NCBI GenBank assembly: GCA_016929435.1
Contig: JAFGIV010000005.1
Span: 23,596-87,595 of the forward strand
DNA length: 64,000 nt
Origin: Candidatus Uhrbacteria bacterium
Lineage (GTDB): Bacteria; Patescibacteriota; Patescibacteriia; SG8-24
Direction: 5' to 3'
The position numbers and the translations under genes are program-made. The number at the start of each line of letters is the position of its first letter. Position 1 is the first letter of the stretch. The notes below the pieces were generated by a model. The model ran no database searches, was not told the DNA's origin, and saw only the letters and a program-made list of their open reading frames with translations. Positions 47,538 to 57,667 of the stretch are shown piece by piece.

Positions 47538-48536
47538 ATGGGTTTTAAAAAAACAAAGAAGATCAAAAGGTTAATGGAAAGATATCCTTTCGTGTCCGAC
47601 ATCCTGTCGGAAGACCTGGAGCCGCTCGACGGCAACGGCGGAACGGAGGTTAACGAACTTGCCGTCAGCGTAGAGACGGCCGACGGGAACCTGATGTTTC
47701 GCCGCGCCAACAATGTCGGCCTCGGCGACTCGTCGTTCGCATTCTGCATCAAGGGGGGCAAACACGAGGGCCAGGTCATGAAAAAACGGGGGGAATATTT
47801 CTTTGCCGTTGACGGCGACGGGAAAATCATAAATCGTCTCAATTGGCCAAGGAATGACGGGGAAAGCAGGCAAATAGGGGACGAGATTTACGCCCACAGT
47901 ATATTTTGGGTGGAAAGGGAATCCGGCCTTGACTCTACGGAAAGCCGGATGCCAATTTGGGACAAGGTCCGGTACCTTGTCTGGGTTACGGTAGAGGCGT
48001 GGCATGCCCATACAAAGGGCGAATTATTCAGTGAAAGTTATTCGCGTTCGGTCAGGGTCACGATCTATCGCGCGCCGGGTCAGGGTTTCAGGCGGTTGTA
48101 TCAGTCATCAAGCCCTTATAGGAATCTCTCGCTCGACAAGCGAATGGTGGAACGCAGCCTGAAAAGGGGGGACTGTTGTGTCGTGGGCATGCTGGGCATG
48201 CTTTACGAGTTGGGTATGTCTTTTCGAGACAAGGTGTGCCCAAACGGGGTGAATCGGAGGCCTAATAGTGGGGGTAGGGTTTTCTGGATTTTCGAAAACT
48301 TTTGGATAGAGCGCGTGGTGCGAGCCGGACACGATCGAATAACGATCGGGGAAGGTCCGGCATATATCACGGGGATGGAGGGTCAAGTCTACGTTGTGTT
48401 TGAGTTTTTCCGGAATTCGGACATGAACGTTCCCGACCAGCGAGGTACCGTTCCCCAAATCCGCAACCTCGTGAGAAAGGCAATGCGTATTTTTGAGGAA
48501 AACCCGAGGATACGCAGGGCTTTCCGGTCCGTGTAG
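47538..48536 (+). CDS. Hypothetical protein
   Basis: 332-aa ORF with GGAGG upstream. No family recognised. Confidence 0.6.
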   Translation: MGFKKTKKIKRLMERYPFVSDILSEDLEPLDGNGGTEVNELAVSVETADGNLMFRRANNVGLGDSSFAFCIKGGKHEGQVMKKRGEYFFAVDGDGKIINRLNWPRNDGESRQIGDEIYAHSIFWVERESGLDSTESRMPIWDKVRYLVWVTVEAWHAHTKGELFSESYSRSVRVTIYRAPGQGFRRLYQSSSPYRNLSLDKRMVERSLKRGDCCVVGMLGMLYELGMSFRDKVCPNGVNRRPNSGGRVFWIFENFWIERVVRAGHDRITIGEGPAYITGMEGQVYVVFEFFRNSDMNVPDQRGTVPQIRNLVRKAMRIFEENPRIRRAFRSV

Positions 48537-48689
48537 TATGCAGTAGGTAGGTAACGTGTGGCATAAGGGGTGTGCGTAGGGAAATCCGCGCACCCCCTAT
48601 TTTTTTTGCCGCCCTTTCCCGAATGTGCTATAATAAAAAAATCAAACGTCCCACCGGGACCGCATAACTCAAAGCTAAGCGTAAATCGT

Positions 48690-49307
48690 ATGGGAAACAG
48701 GTTTTTGGCCATTGGCGTCTCCGTGCTCGTTTTTGCCTTTGCGACCGGGGCACATGCCGTTGCCCCGAACGGGGAAAGCGGAACGGGAAACCGCGTTCAG
48801 CAACAGGCCCAAACCGCCAACCGGGGCGAAACAACCCAGCTCCAGAACGGCGAGCGGCAGCAGGCACGGGCACCGGGGAATTCGGACCTGGCCGAACGGA
48901 GAAGGAGTCGGGTGGCTGATGCCGTGCGGGAGATGCTGCAGGTCGCAGACAGGAGCGGCGGAATCGGCCAGCAGGTGCGGGATATTGCCCGGGCCCAAAT
49001 CCAGGGCCATGAGGGACTGGAGGCAAACCTGGAAAGGATCCGGGGCCGAAGCGGTCTTGCCAGGTTTTTTTTCGGTCCGAACTACGGTGAGATAAACAGC
49101 GCCCAAAGGGCACTGGAAACGAACAGGGAACAGGTCAGGGAGCTGAACCGGGCCCAAGGGCAGGTCGTCGATCAGGGTGAAGCGCAGGAATTGGCCCAAC
49201 AGATCCGGGTTTTGGAGGAGGTTAACCTGGAGATCGAAGGTTCCCTGGAGGGGGAACGGAAGGGGTTCAGCCTGTTTGGCTGGATATTCAGGGCCTTTTC
49301 CGACTGA
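48690..49307 (+). CDS. Hypothetical secreted Gln-rich coiled-coil protein
   Basis: Signal peptide (AHA), GGIGQQVR..A..Q, FFFGPNY and C-terminal FSLFGW. Start reassigned to the ATG at 48690. Confidence 0.7.
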   Translation: MGNRFLAIGVSVLVFAFATGAHAVAPNGESGTGNRVQQQAQTANRGETTQLQNGERQQARAPGNSDLAERRRSRVADAVREMLQVADRSGGIGQQVRDIARAQIQGHEGLEANLERIRGRSGLARFFFGPNYGEINSAQRALETNREQVRELNRAQGQVVDQGEAQELAQQIRVLEEVNLEIEGSLEGERKGFSLFGWIFRAFSD

Positions 49308-49379
49308 CCTGCCTTTTTGGGGCGGGTTTCGGTACGGTTTTGTCGTTATCCCCCCGTTTCCGTGACAAAACGCACGCCT

Positions 49380-50396
49380 ATGAATACCCTAAGGGTCGGC
49401 TTGGCGGAATTTCCCCCGCTGGTATCCGGCGATTACGGCCATTTCCGCGGTTTTGAGGTTGACCTGTGGGAAACGGTCGCCGGAGAGCTTGGTTTTCAGT
49501 TCGAATACCGGAAATACCCGTTCCAGAAACTGATTCCGATGCTGGCCGAGGGGAAGCTGGATGTTGCCATGGCGGGGATCACCATCAACGAGGATAGGGA
49601 AAGGATCATCGATTTCTCCCACCCGACCATGGATTCCGGACTGGTGATTGCGGTGGATCGGGACCGTAACCGGTTGAGGCTGTCCGAAACGGTCAGGGCG
49701 GTCGTTGGTTCGGGGTACCGGACCGTAAGCCTGACCCTGCTTGCCGTCCTTTCCTTCATCTTCGCCCTGGGGAACCTCCTGTGGCTGGCGGAAAGGGGGG
49801 TCGGGACGTTCAGTGAAGGTTATTTTCCCGGCGTTTTCGAGGCCTCCTGGCTGGTGTTCTCTTCCGTTACGACCGTCACGTTCGGGGATTTTTATCCGAA
49901 TACCTGGCTCGGCCGGGCAGTCGTTTTCGTTTCCGTAGTGGGGGGTGTCGGCATCCTGGCGACTTTGGTGGCGCGGTTCACCGCCTTTTTGGCGACCAGG
50001 AAGGTCTGGCGGGAAATCGCCGGGATTTCGGACCTGTCCGGCAGGAAGGTGGCGGCCGTCAGCGGATCCACCAGCGAGCAGGCCCTGACGAGACTGGGCA
50101 CGGATGTCACCGGCACGGAAACGGTCGGTGAGGCCCTCATGCTCCTGGAACGGCGGGAGGTGGAGGCGGTCGTTGCCGATGCCCCTGTCTTGGCGCATCA
50201 CCTCAAGGACAGCAGGGGAGGTCGAGTGGAGACCGTTGGGGATGTTTTTGACGGGCAGAAATACGGCATTGCCCTTCAACAGGGGAGTCCCCTGCGGGAA
50301 AACGTCAACCGGACCCTGCTCCGCCTGATCGAGTCGGGCCGGTACGGCGCGCTTTACCGCCAGTGGTTCGGCCAGGATCCGTCGATGGAGATATAG
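49380..50396 (+). CDS. GluR0-like ligand-gated ion channel (split SBP_bac_3 domain plus 2-TM pore module)
   Basis: S1 (GFEVDLW, AGITINEDR..IDFS), TM1, pore TTVTFGD, TM2 and S2 (GSTSE, YGIAL..GSPLRE.VN). Confidence 0.85.
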   Translation: MNTLRVGLAEFPPLVSGDYGHFRGFEVDLWETVAGELGFQFEYRKYPFQKLIPMLAEGKLDVAMAGITINEDRERIIDFSHPTMDSGLVIAVDRDRNRLRLSETVRAVVGSGYRTVSLTLLAVLSFIFALGNLLWLAERGVGTFSEGYFPGVFEASWLVFSSVTTVTFGDFYPNTWLGRAVVFVSVVGGVGILATLVARFTAFLATRKVWREIAGISDLSGRKVAAVSGSTSEQALTRLGTDVTGTETVGEALMLLERREVEAVVADAPVLAHHLKDSRGGRVETVGDVFDGQKYGIALQQGSPLRENVNRTLLRLIESGRYGALYRQWFGQDPSMEI

Positions 50397-50601
50397 GAGA
50401 GGCTGTTTTGCGTTGCGTTTTGTCCGGTGCCGAAACCATGACGATCCGAAGGCTTCCAAACGCGAAAAGGAAAGGTCCGTTTTTGACGCAGGCGTCTTGG
50501 CGGACGGGATCGCCCGAATCGTCAGGATCGAATCCGATACGGTTTAGGGTGTCTTCCCGGCAGATTGAAAGACCTCGCTTGAGGGGGTATGGTTGGCCTG
50601 T

Positions 50602-51186
50602 ATGAGGGAACCCTATTCGGAAAAAATCGGCCAAGGAAACCACGGGGAGGTTTTCGGTGGGGAAAGAACGGTCGTAAAAAGGACCTTTGTCAGCCATTTG
50701 AGTGCCGGTAAGGAAGCGTTGGTAGGCAAGGAAATGCCTAACATAGTCAGGTATTTCAACCTTAAGAAGGGGGACGGCGGGGACATTGAACTGGAGATGG
50801 AAAAGCTGGAGGATCCAGTTTTTTCAGCGGCAGAAAAGGAGGTTATCGGTAGGTTTTTCGGGTTTGTGGAACGCAGAATAGTCGAAATACGGAAAGAACA
50901 CCCGGAGTATCTGGAATTTCTCGATTTTGAGGAGATTTTCGGAAAGCTCAAGGAGCATTATTCCGAAAAAATAAGGGAATTCACAGGTTGTCCAGAGGCA
51001 AAAAATTATTTTCAGGATGCGCTTTCTTGTTTTGGGGCGGACGGGCGCATCCATAAAGTCCTCGGGGACGCATTTATTGGCATCAGATCGCTGTTGACTA
51101 ACGGTGTGGCTCCCGACGATCTTAAGGCTGAACACGTCATGTATTCGGAAAATGAAGATGCCTATAAGCTGATTGACATCATTTAG
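50602..51186 (+). CDS. Minimal protein-kinase-like protein
   Basis: IGQGNHGEVF, VVK, PNIVRY, LEMEKL, DDLKAEHVM and KLID, followed almost immediately by the stop. Confidence 0.6.
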   Translation: MREPYSEKIGQGNHGEVFGGERTVVKRTFVSHLSAGKEALVGKEMPNIVRYFNLKKGDGGDIELEMEKLEDPVFSAAEKEVIGRFFGFVERRIVEIRKEHPEYLEFLDFEEIFGKLKEHYSEKIREFTGCPEAKNYFQDALSCFGADGRIHKVLGDAFIGIRSLLTNGVAPDDLKAEHVMYSENEDAYKLIDII

Positions 51187-51313
51187 TACGGAATGTTGAA
51201 GGCTTATGGATCGGCTTGCGATAAGCGTCGGTATTTTCCGAAAATTGCCATTTGATGGCCTTTCGTTTTTATGGATACGGCGAATATGTCTCAACCTTTA
51301 AAACCCCGCAAAC

Positions 51314-51571
51314 ATGTCAATTAAGACCCGAATCGCGATCTATTTGGCCGTCCTGCTGCTCGGTCTGGCGGCCTTTGCCTATGTCTCCAAACCGACCTGG
51401 TCGCCTTGGTATTGCGGCCAGTTTTCCGGGTTCCATTCACATGCCTGGAACAACTCCTTCAGCCAATCCAGCCTTTGCGTGAAGAACGGGTGTCGGGTGA
51501 TCAAGCTGCAGGAGATGGACGACCCTGACCTGTTTGATGACGACGGCTACCTTTTCCGCTGCGTGCGGTAA
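51314..51571 (+). CDS. Small exported Cys-containing hypothetical protein
   Basis: 85 aa with an N-terminal TM/signal segment and four Cys. Confidence 0.5.
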   Translation: MSIKTRIAIYLAVLLLGLAAFAYVSKPTWSPWYCGQFSGFHSHAWNNSFSQSSLCVKNGCRVIKLQEMDDPDLFDDDGYLFRCVR

Positions 51572-51724
51572 CCCGTTCGGCGGCCGAATGTCCCCAACCC
51601 CTAGTTATCGGCCCTTGTTCTCGGTGATGGTCCGTTCGACGGACAACACCGTTTGTTGACGGTATCTGTTTGCTGTGTTAGGTTACGGTTGGTTCGTTAT
51701 TGGTTTCAAGAGCAAGGAGGAAGA

Positions 51725-52228
51725 ATGTCAGTAGAAAAAGTGGAAAAAATCGAGTATCCGTTCCTTCCGGAAGGCCGGGAAATAAGGTATGTCGGCCCGG
51801 ACGACCGGTTCATGGCGATGGCCAAGGATTTCGCCAGGAGCAATTCCCTGGACAGGGTCATGCCTGGGGCGGCGGTGGTGGTGAGGGACGATGTCGTGTT
51901 GGGAATCGGCGCCAACGGCAGCGATTACCACCGGACACACGGATGTAAGAGGGTGGCCTTAGGCTGCCGGACCGGTGAGGGGTATGATCTGTGCGAAGGG
52001 TGTCACCCGAAGAACCACAGTGAAGCAAGCGCCATCCGCGAAGCCCAAAAAAACGGCCACGACACGGCCGGTGCTGACCTTTATCTTTGGGGCCACTGGT
52101 GGTGCTGCCAACCGTGTTGGGAGGCGATGGTAAGGGCGGGGATCAGTCGCGTCTTCCTCTTGGAGGGAAGCGAAATCCTGTTCAACAAGGACCATCCCGG
52201 CAACATCGTCGGGCGGCAATTCGAGTGA
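51725..52228 (+). CDS. Cytidine/dCMP deaminase family zinc-dependent protein
   Basis: AGGAGG RBS, HSE and CQPC zinc motifs, and AGISRV. Confidence 0.85.
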   Translation: MSVEKVEKIEYPFLPEGREIRYVGPDDRFMAMAKDFARSNSLDRVMPGAAVVVRDDVVLGIGANGSDYHRTHGCKRVALGCRTGEGYDLCEGCHPKNHSEASAIREAQKNGHDTAGADLYLWGHWWCCQPCWEAMVRAGISRVFLLEGSEILFNKDHPGNIVGRQFE

Positions 52229-52331
52229 GGGTTTTTCCGTAAGATTTTGATATTTGATTCGTGCCGGGCAAGTGCCCGGCATTTTTTTTCCGTATGGCCA
52301 CCGGTTCCCCGGTCTGGTATCATTGTCTGGT

Positions 52332-53708
52332 ATGAAGAGAGCCCTGTTTCCCCTGGTTATTGTTGCCCTGACCCTGGTCGGGGCCGGTTGCCTGAACGGC
52401 CAGCCCAAGATGACCCCCGTCACCCTGGAATATTGGCGCATGGAGGACGACCCGTCCGACCTGGATCCGGTCATTGCGGCCTACCGGGAGACTCACCCCC
52501 AAGTGACCGTCAATGTCACCCGCTTTCCCAGGGAGGATTACCGGAAAACCCTGCTGACGGCCCTGGCCGAGGGCCGCGGACCGGACATGTTCAACGTTCC
52601 GCACGCCTGGCTGCGGGGTTGGATGAAAAAAATATCCCCAATGCCGGCCGAACGGTCAGTGGTCGAGCGGACGGCGGACGAATCCGGGCAGCCGGTAAAT
52701 GTCGTCCGGAAGAAGCCGGCCATGAGCCTGCTGCAGCTGGACCGGGATTTTGCGGAAGTGGCGGCCAAGGCCGTGGTTTTCGAGGTCATAACGGACGAGA
52801 AGGCCAACACCAGGGAAAGGCAGGTTTTCGCCCTGCCGTTCTCGGCCGATACCCTGGCCATGTACTACAACCGGGACCTCCTCCGCAACGCCAACATCGG
52901 CGAGCCCCCCAAGACCTGGGCCCAGCTCCAGGAACAGGCAGCCATCCTTAGCCGGAAGGGGGAGGACGGGAAACTGGAGCAGTCCGGGGCGGCCTTGGGG
53001 TGGTCGAACGTCGGGCGGAACACCGAACTCCTGGCGGCCTTGATGGCCCAGAACGGCGCGCCCATGAACAACGCCGGACGGCCGTATTTCTGGTCCGCTC
53101 CGGCCAAGTGGGACAGGGGAACCCTTCCCGGGGTGGAGGCCCTGGGCTTTTACCGCAGTTTTTCGGACCCCAATTCCTCCAACCGGTCCTGGGACCGTGA
53201 TTTCAGCAATGACCTGGATACCTTCATCGCCGGGCGGACGGCCTATTATTTCGGGTTGCCGGAAGACGCCAAAAGGATTCGGGCCATGGCCCCGCGGCTC
53301 GATCTCGGCGTTGCCCCGTTGCCCCAGATCAAGGCGGACAGGAGAATAAACATCCCGCTGTTTCCCGTGGAGACCGTCTCGAAGGACTCCAGATACCCGG
53401 GTTATGCCTGGGATTTCCTGGAGTTCGCCGCTTCGGCGGACCAGGTCAGGGGTTTCCTCTCGTCTTCCGGCAGGCCGGCGGCCCTGCGTGACCTGATTGA
53501 GGAACAGAGGGGCGACGCTGCCGTAGGCCCGTTTGTCGGCCAGGTCCTGACCGCCGAGAGCTGGTATTTGGGGTACGACTACGCGAAGACCGAAAGCCTG
53601 TTCCGTGATATGGTGGAAACCGAGCCCAGCCGGGAAAACACCTACGTGAAGATCCTTACCGAATACGGCAGCCAGGTTTCCCGGACCTACGTCGCCCCTA
53701 ACTACTGA
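52332..53708 (+). CDS. Extracellular solute-binding lipoprotein (family 1, carbohydrate type)
   Basis: Lipobox GAGC, then AEGRGPD, LP.S.DTLA.YYNRDL, PPKTW and AWDFL. Confidence 0.85.
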   Translation: MKRALFPLVIVALTLVGAGCLNGQPKMTPVTLEYWRMEDDPSDLDPVIAAYRETHPQVTVNVTRFPREDYRKTLLTALAEGRGPDMFNVPHAWLRGWMKKISPMPAERSVVERTADESGQPVNVVRKKPAMSLLQLDRDFAEVAAKAVVFEVITDEKANTRERQVFALPFSADTLAMYYNRDLLRNANIGEPPKTWAQLQEQAAILSRKGEDGKLEQSGAALGWSNVGRNTELLAALMAQNGAPMNNAGRPYFWSAPAKWDRGTLPGVEALGFYRSFSDPNSSNRSWDRDFSNDLDTFIAGRTAYYFGLPEDAKRIRAMAPRLDLGVAPLPQIKADRRINIPLFPVETVSKDSRYPGYAWDFLEFAASADQVRGFLSSSGRPAALRDLIEEQRGDAAVGPFVGQVLTAESWYLGYDYAKTESLFRDMVETEPSRENTYVKILTEYGSQVSRTYVAPNY

Positions 53709-53714
53709 TACGCT

Positions 53715-54599
53715 ATGAGAAAGATCAGGAAAGCCATCATCCCGGTCGCCGGCTTGGCCACCCGTTTCCTTCCGGCCACCAAGGCCCAACCCAAGACCAT
53801 GATGACCCTGGTGGACAAGCCCATCATCCAGTACATCGTGGAGGAGGCCGTGGCCGCCGGAATTGAGCAGGTGATTTTCGTCACCGGTTCCAACCAGAAC
53901 TCCATCCAGGACCACTTTGACAGCAATTTCGAGCTGGAACACGTCCTTCAGCAGAGGGGAAAGCTCAAGGAACTGGAGGAGGTCGTCCGGACCACCAACA
54001 TGGCCAAGTTCGTCTATACCCGCCAGCATTCCCCGCGCGGCGACGGGCACGCCATCCTGATGGCCAAGGACCTTGTCGAGAACGAGCCGGTGGTCGTCAT
54101 GTACGGGGACGACATCTTCGACGCCCGGGTTCCGGTGACCGCCCAACTGATCGAGACCTACGAGAAATACGGCGAACCGGTGATTGCCCTATACGACGTC
54201 GGGCGGGAGAACGTCTCCAAGTACGGAATTGCCGGGGGGCGGATGCGGGACGATCGGGTCATGGAGGTGGAGGGTTACGTGGAGAAGCCCAATATCGGGG
54301 AGGCGCCGTCGAGCTATGCCGGCGTGGCCCGGTATGTCGTCACCCCGGAGTTGATGGCCGTCCTGGCCAGGCAAAAGGGCGGTTTTGACGGGGAGATCCG
54401 TCTGGCCGATGCCTTTACCGAATACCTGTCCGAAGGCCTGGGGAAGGTCGCCGGAAGGATAGTCGATGCCCGCCGTTACGACTGCGGCGACAAGACCGAG
54501 TTCGTCAAGGCAACCCTGGATTTCGCACTGAAGAACGGGGAGGTAAACCGGGACGGGGTCCTGACCGAATACGTCAGGCACCGGGCGTCCGAACTTTAG
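53715..54599 (+). CDS. galU: UTP--glucose-1-phosphate uridylyltransferase
   Basis: IRKAIIPVAGLATRFLPATKAQPK, G.GHAI, VEKP, GEI.L.DA and RYDCGDK motifs. Confidence 0.93.
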   Translation: MRKIRKAIIPVAGLATRFLPATKAQPKTMMTLVDKPIIQYIVEEAVAAGIEQVIFVTGSNQNSIQDHFDSNFELEHVLQQRGKLKELEEVVRTTNMAKFVYTRQHSPRGDGHAILMAKDLVENEPVVVMYGDDIFDARVPVTAQLIETYEKYGEPVIALYDVGRENVSKYGIAGGRMRDDRVMEVEGYVEKPNIGEAPSSYAGVARYVVTPELMAVLARQKGGFDGEIRLADAFTEYLSEGLGKVAGRIVDARRYDCGDKTEFVKATLDFALKNGEVNRDGVLTEYVRHRASEL

Positions 54600-54608
54600 C
54601 CGGAACCT

Positions 54609-56036
54609 ATGGAAGGACCGATTCGTTTGGGAAGGAGGGGAACGGCAACCAGGCTGTTGCCTGCGCTGCTGGCCGCGGCGATCCTGGCCTTCGGCGGTTT
54701 CGGCTGCAAGGTCGAAAGCCGGGAGATAAGGGAGAAGACCCAGCCGGTAACGCTCAGGTGGTGGAGCGTTTTCAGCGACTACAGCGCCCTGGCCCCCGTC
54801 ATCAGGGATTTCAGGGTACGGCACCCGAACGTCAAGGTGGAATACCGCAAGTTCGGGTTCGACGAGTACGAGCAGGCCGTCCTGGACGCCATGGCCGAGG
54901 GCCGCGGACCGGATGTCCTGAGCCTTCACCACACCTGGCTTCGGGAATGGCAGGAACGGTTGGTGCCGTCTCCGGCCACCCTGGAGATGGCTTTCGTCGA
55001 GATACAGGGATCAATCAAGAAGGAACAGGTGACGGTTTTGCGCGAGGTTTCCGGGGCGACTCCCGGGCAGGTAAACAACGATTTCCTGGATGTCGTGTCC
55101 GGGGACGTGATCCTTCCGGTTCCCCAATCCGATCCGCGCCTTCCCCCCGTGTCCAGGGTTTTCGGGCTGCCGCTGTCCGTTGACACCATGGTGATGTACT
55201 ACAACCGGGGAATCCTGGATGCGGCGGAGATACCCAAGCCGGCCCAGGACTGGGGAGAGTTCCAGCAACAGGTCCGCAGCCTGACGAAACTGGACGAGTC
55301 CGGTGGGCTGGTCCAGTCGGCCGTGTCCCTCGGGACGGCCGACAACGTCGAGCGGGCCGCGGACATCCTGTCCCTGCTCATGATCCAGAACGGAACGCCC
55401 ATGTCCGACCAGACCGGCGGGGTTACCTTTGACCGGCATTCGGAGGCGACGGTCGGGCAGCCGATGACCCCCGGAGCCACGGCCCTGGTCTTCTACAACG
55501 ATTTCGCCAATCCCCTGAAGGAGGTCTATACCTGGAACGAGGAACAGCCCGATTCCCTCCAGGCCTTCATGTCCGGAAAGACCGCCTATTTCTTCGGCTA
55601 TTCCTATCACCTGCCGCAGATCCGGGCCCAGGCCCCTGACCTGAACCTGGGGATTGCCGCCATGCCGCAGATTGCCGGGAACCAGCCGGTCAACTACGCC
55701 AACTACTGGGTGGAGACGGTTTCCGGGAAGACGGCCCACCTGGATGAGGCCTGGAGCCTGGTCCGTTTCGTCACCCAGGCCGATAACGCCAAGAAATACC
55801 TCTCTTCAGCCGGGCGGCCCACGGCCCTTCGGCAGCTGGTTAACGGGCAGCTGGAGGAGAGCGACATGTCGGCGTTCGCCTCCCAGCTCCCTTCGGCTCG
55901 GAGCTGGTATCGGGGAAAGGACGGTCAGGCCACGGAGCGGGTGTTCCTGGACATGATATCGGCCATGCTCCAGCCGGAGGCCGATCCCCAAAGGATTCTG
56001 GAGGTGGGGGCGGTCAAGGTCAACCAGACCCTTTAA
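54609..56036 (+). CDS. Extracellular solute-binding lipoprotein (family 1), paralog of 52332-53708
   Basis: Lipobox GFGC, then AEGRGPD, GLPLSVDT..MYYN and NYANYW. Confidence 0.85.
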   Translation: MEGPIRLGRRGTATRLLPALLAAAILAFGGFGCKVESREIREKTQPVTLRWWSVFSDYSALAPVIRDFRVRHPNVKVEYRKFGFDEYEQAVLDAMAEGRGPDVLSLHHTWLREWQERLVPSPATLEMAFVEIQGSIKKEQVTVLREVSGATPGQVNNDFLDVVSGDVILPVPQSDPRLPPVSRVFGLPLSVDTMVMYYNRGILDAAEIPKPAQDWGEFQQQVRSLTKLDESGGLVQSAVSLGTADNVERAADILSLLMIQNGTPMSDQTGGVTFDRHSEATVGQPMTPGATALVFYNDFANPLKEVYTWNEEQPDSLQAFMSGKTAYFFGYSYHLPQIRAQAPDLNLGIAAMPQIAGNQPVNYANYWVETVSGKTAHLDEAWSLVRFVTQADNAKKYLSSAGRPTALRQLVNGQLEESDMSAFASQLPSARSWYRGKDGQATERVFLDMISAMLQPEADPQRILEVGAVKVNQTL

Positions 56037-56072
56037 TTCGGGACACCGGTTCTTCCCGGAAATACGACGGTT

Positions 56073-56621
56073 ATGACAGGAAAGACAAGACGAACGGCGG
56101 CCGCCTCGGCCCTCATGGCCCTCTCCCTTCTTTTTGGGGCGGCCGTGGCCGGACCGGTCCTGGCCCAGGCGGAGATGGATTTCACGGAACAGGAGGTGGC
56201 GGACTACCAGGCCGCCACGACCCGGAGGGCGTTCGTGATCGTCCCGGAATGCGCCAGGGCCACGCCGGCCAACACCATCCCCCAACTGTCCTGCGTCATG
56301 GAGATGTTCGGCAATGTCGCCACCATGATCCTGGGGGTGACGGGCAGTTTTGCCCTGCTGATGTTCGTATACGGCGGTTTCCTGATGGTGACCTCGGCCG
56401 GAGACTCCTCAAAGGTGTCGGCCGGAAAGAAGGTCCTGACCAACGCCGTAATCGGCATATTCATCATCATGGTTTCCGGCATTGCCCTGCGCTATGCCTT
56501 GGGCATCCTGGTCCGGAACAACAACTTCCGGCTGGTCGGACAGCCCTGTGCCGGGAAGACCGGACAGGTCTACGTGCTCATGCCGGACGGATCGATCGGC
56601 TGTGCCGCCGTTTCCCAGTGA
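56073..56621 (+). CDS. TrbC/VirB2-like (T4SS-type) pilin 1
   Basis: Signal peptide, then ALLMFVYGGF..VTSAG...KV..GKK.L.NAVIG hydrophobic hairpin. Confidence 0.8.
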   Translation: MTGKTRRTAAASALMALSLLFGAAVAGPVLAQAEMDFTEQEVADYQAATTRRAFVIVPECARATPANTIPQLSCVMEMFGNVATMILGVTGSFALLMFVYGGFLMVTSAGDSSKVSAGKKVLTNAVIGIFIIMVSGIALRYALGILVRNNNFRLVGQPCAGKTGQVYVLMPDGSIGCAAVSQ

Positions 56622-56648
56622 CGGGGGCGGATTTTACCCAGAACACCT

Positions 56649-57164
56649 ATGCTTACCGGAAGAACACTGGCGACAGCGGCCCTTCTGGCCACGATCGGCT
56701 GTTACGTGGCCGGCCCGGCCCTGGCGGAGGAGGCCTTTATTTGCGAAGGCACCGACGACAACCCCTACCCCACGGCCGAAGCCTGTGACATGAACTGCCT
56801 GGGGGAATGCACGACCGTCAACCTGACGCCGGAAGGGTCGGTCGATACCACTGTTTCGGGGGGCGCCAAACCAACGGAGGCCACTCCGGCCTTCCAGACC
56901 AGGATCCTGGAAAACCCCCTGGGAAAGGAGGATATGGACATCCCCATGGTCATAGCCCGGGTGATTGAGGTTTTCACGGGAATCGTCGGGTCCTTGGCCC
57001 TGCTGGTTTTCATCTACGGCAGCTTCCTGCTCATGACCTCGGCCGGGGAAAGCAAGAGGGTGGAGTCCGGAAAGCAAGCCATGTTTTGGGCGGTCGGCGG
57101 CCTGGTCGTCATGTTCGCGTCCTACGCCTTCCTGAAGGTCCTGTTGAGGGGGTTGGGAACCTGA
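56649..57164 (+). CDS. TrbC/VirB2-like pilin 2
   Basis: LENPLG and ALLVFIYG...MTSAG...RV..GKQ.M.WAVGG. Confidence 0.8.
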   Translation: MLTGRTLATAALLATIGCYVAGPALAEEAFICEGTDDNPYPTAEACDMNCLGECTTVNLTPEGSVDTTVSGGAKPTEATPAFQTRILENPLGKEDMDIPMVIARVIEVFTGIVGSLALLVFIYGSFLLMTSAGESKRVESGKQAMFWAVGGLVVMFASYAFLKVLLRGLGT

Positions 57165-57191
57165 CGGCCCTGAAATAACAAAGACATTGGT

Positions 57192-57572
57192 ATGGCAAAA
57201 AGGCTCAAAAGGCGGTTGGCGGGTTTGGCGGCTGCCGCGGTTGTCGCGCACCAGTCGTTCCTGTCGGCAGGATCGGCCCTGGCCCAGGGTGAGGGGCAGA
57301 GTTCCGGCAACGTCGGCGTGCCGACTCCGGTCGGCGGGGACGTGACCCTGTCCGAATACGTCGGCCGGTTCATCAACGGGGCCTTGGGCCTGACCGGCGT
57401 GGTGGCCCTGGCGGTTTTCGTTTATGCCGGTTTCCTGATGATGACCGCCCGGGGTAACGCCAAGCAGGACGAGAAAGCCAAGCAGACCATGTTTTGGGCC
57501 TCCATCGGCCTTTTGGGGGTGTTCGCCTCCTATGCGGCACTTAGGTTCGTCCTGCAGATGTTGGGGGCCTGA
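57192..57572 (+). CDS. TrbC/VirB2-like pilin 3
   Basis: IN.ALG..GVVAL..FVYAGF.MMTARGN..Q..KAK.TM.WASIGL. Confidence 0.82.
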   Translation: MAKRLKRRLAGLAAAAVVAHQSFLSAGSALAQGEGQSSGNVGVPTPVGGDVTLSEYVGRFINGALGLTGVVALAVFVYAGFLMMTARGNAKQDEKAKQTMFWASIGLLGVFASYAALRFVLQMLGA

Positions 57573-57667
57573 GTTTTGTTTGGCTTAACCTTGGCCCGAA
57601 AATGCGGTATAATGCACTTAGGCATTTTGTGGATATTTTCCACTGTCTTGAAAGGGGGTGAGCAAAT

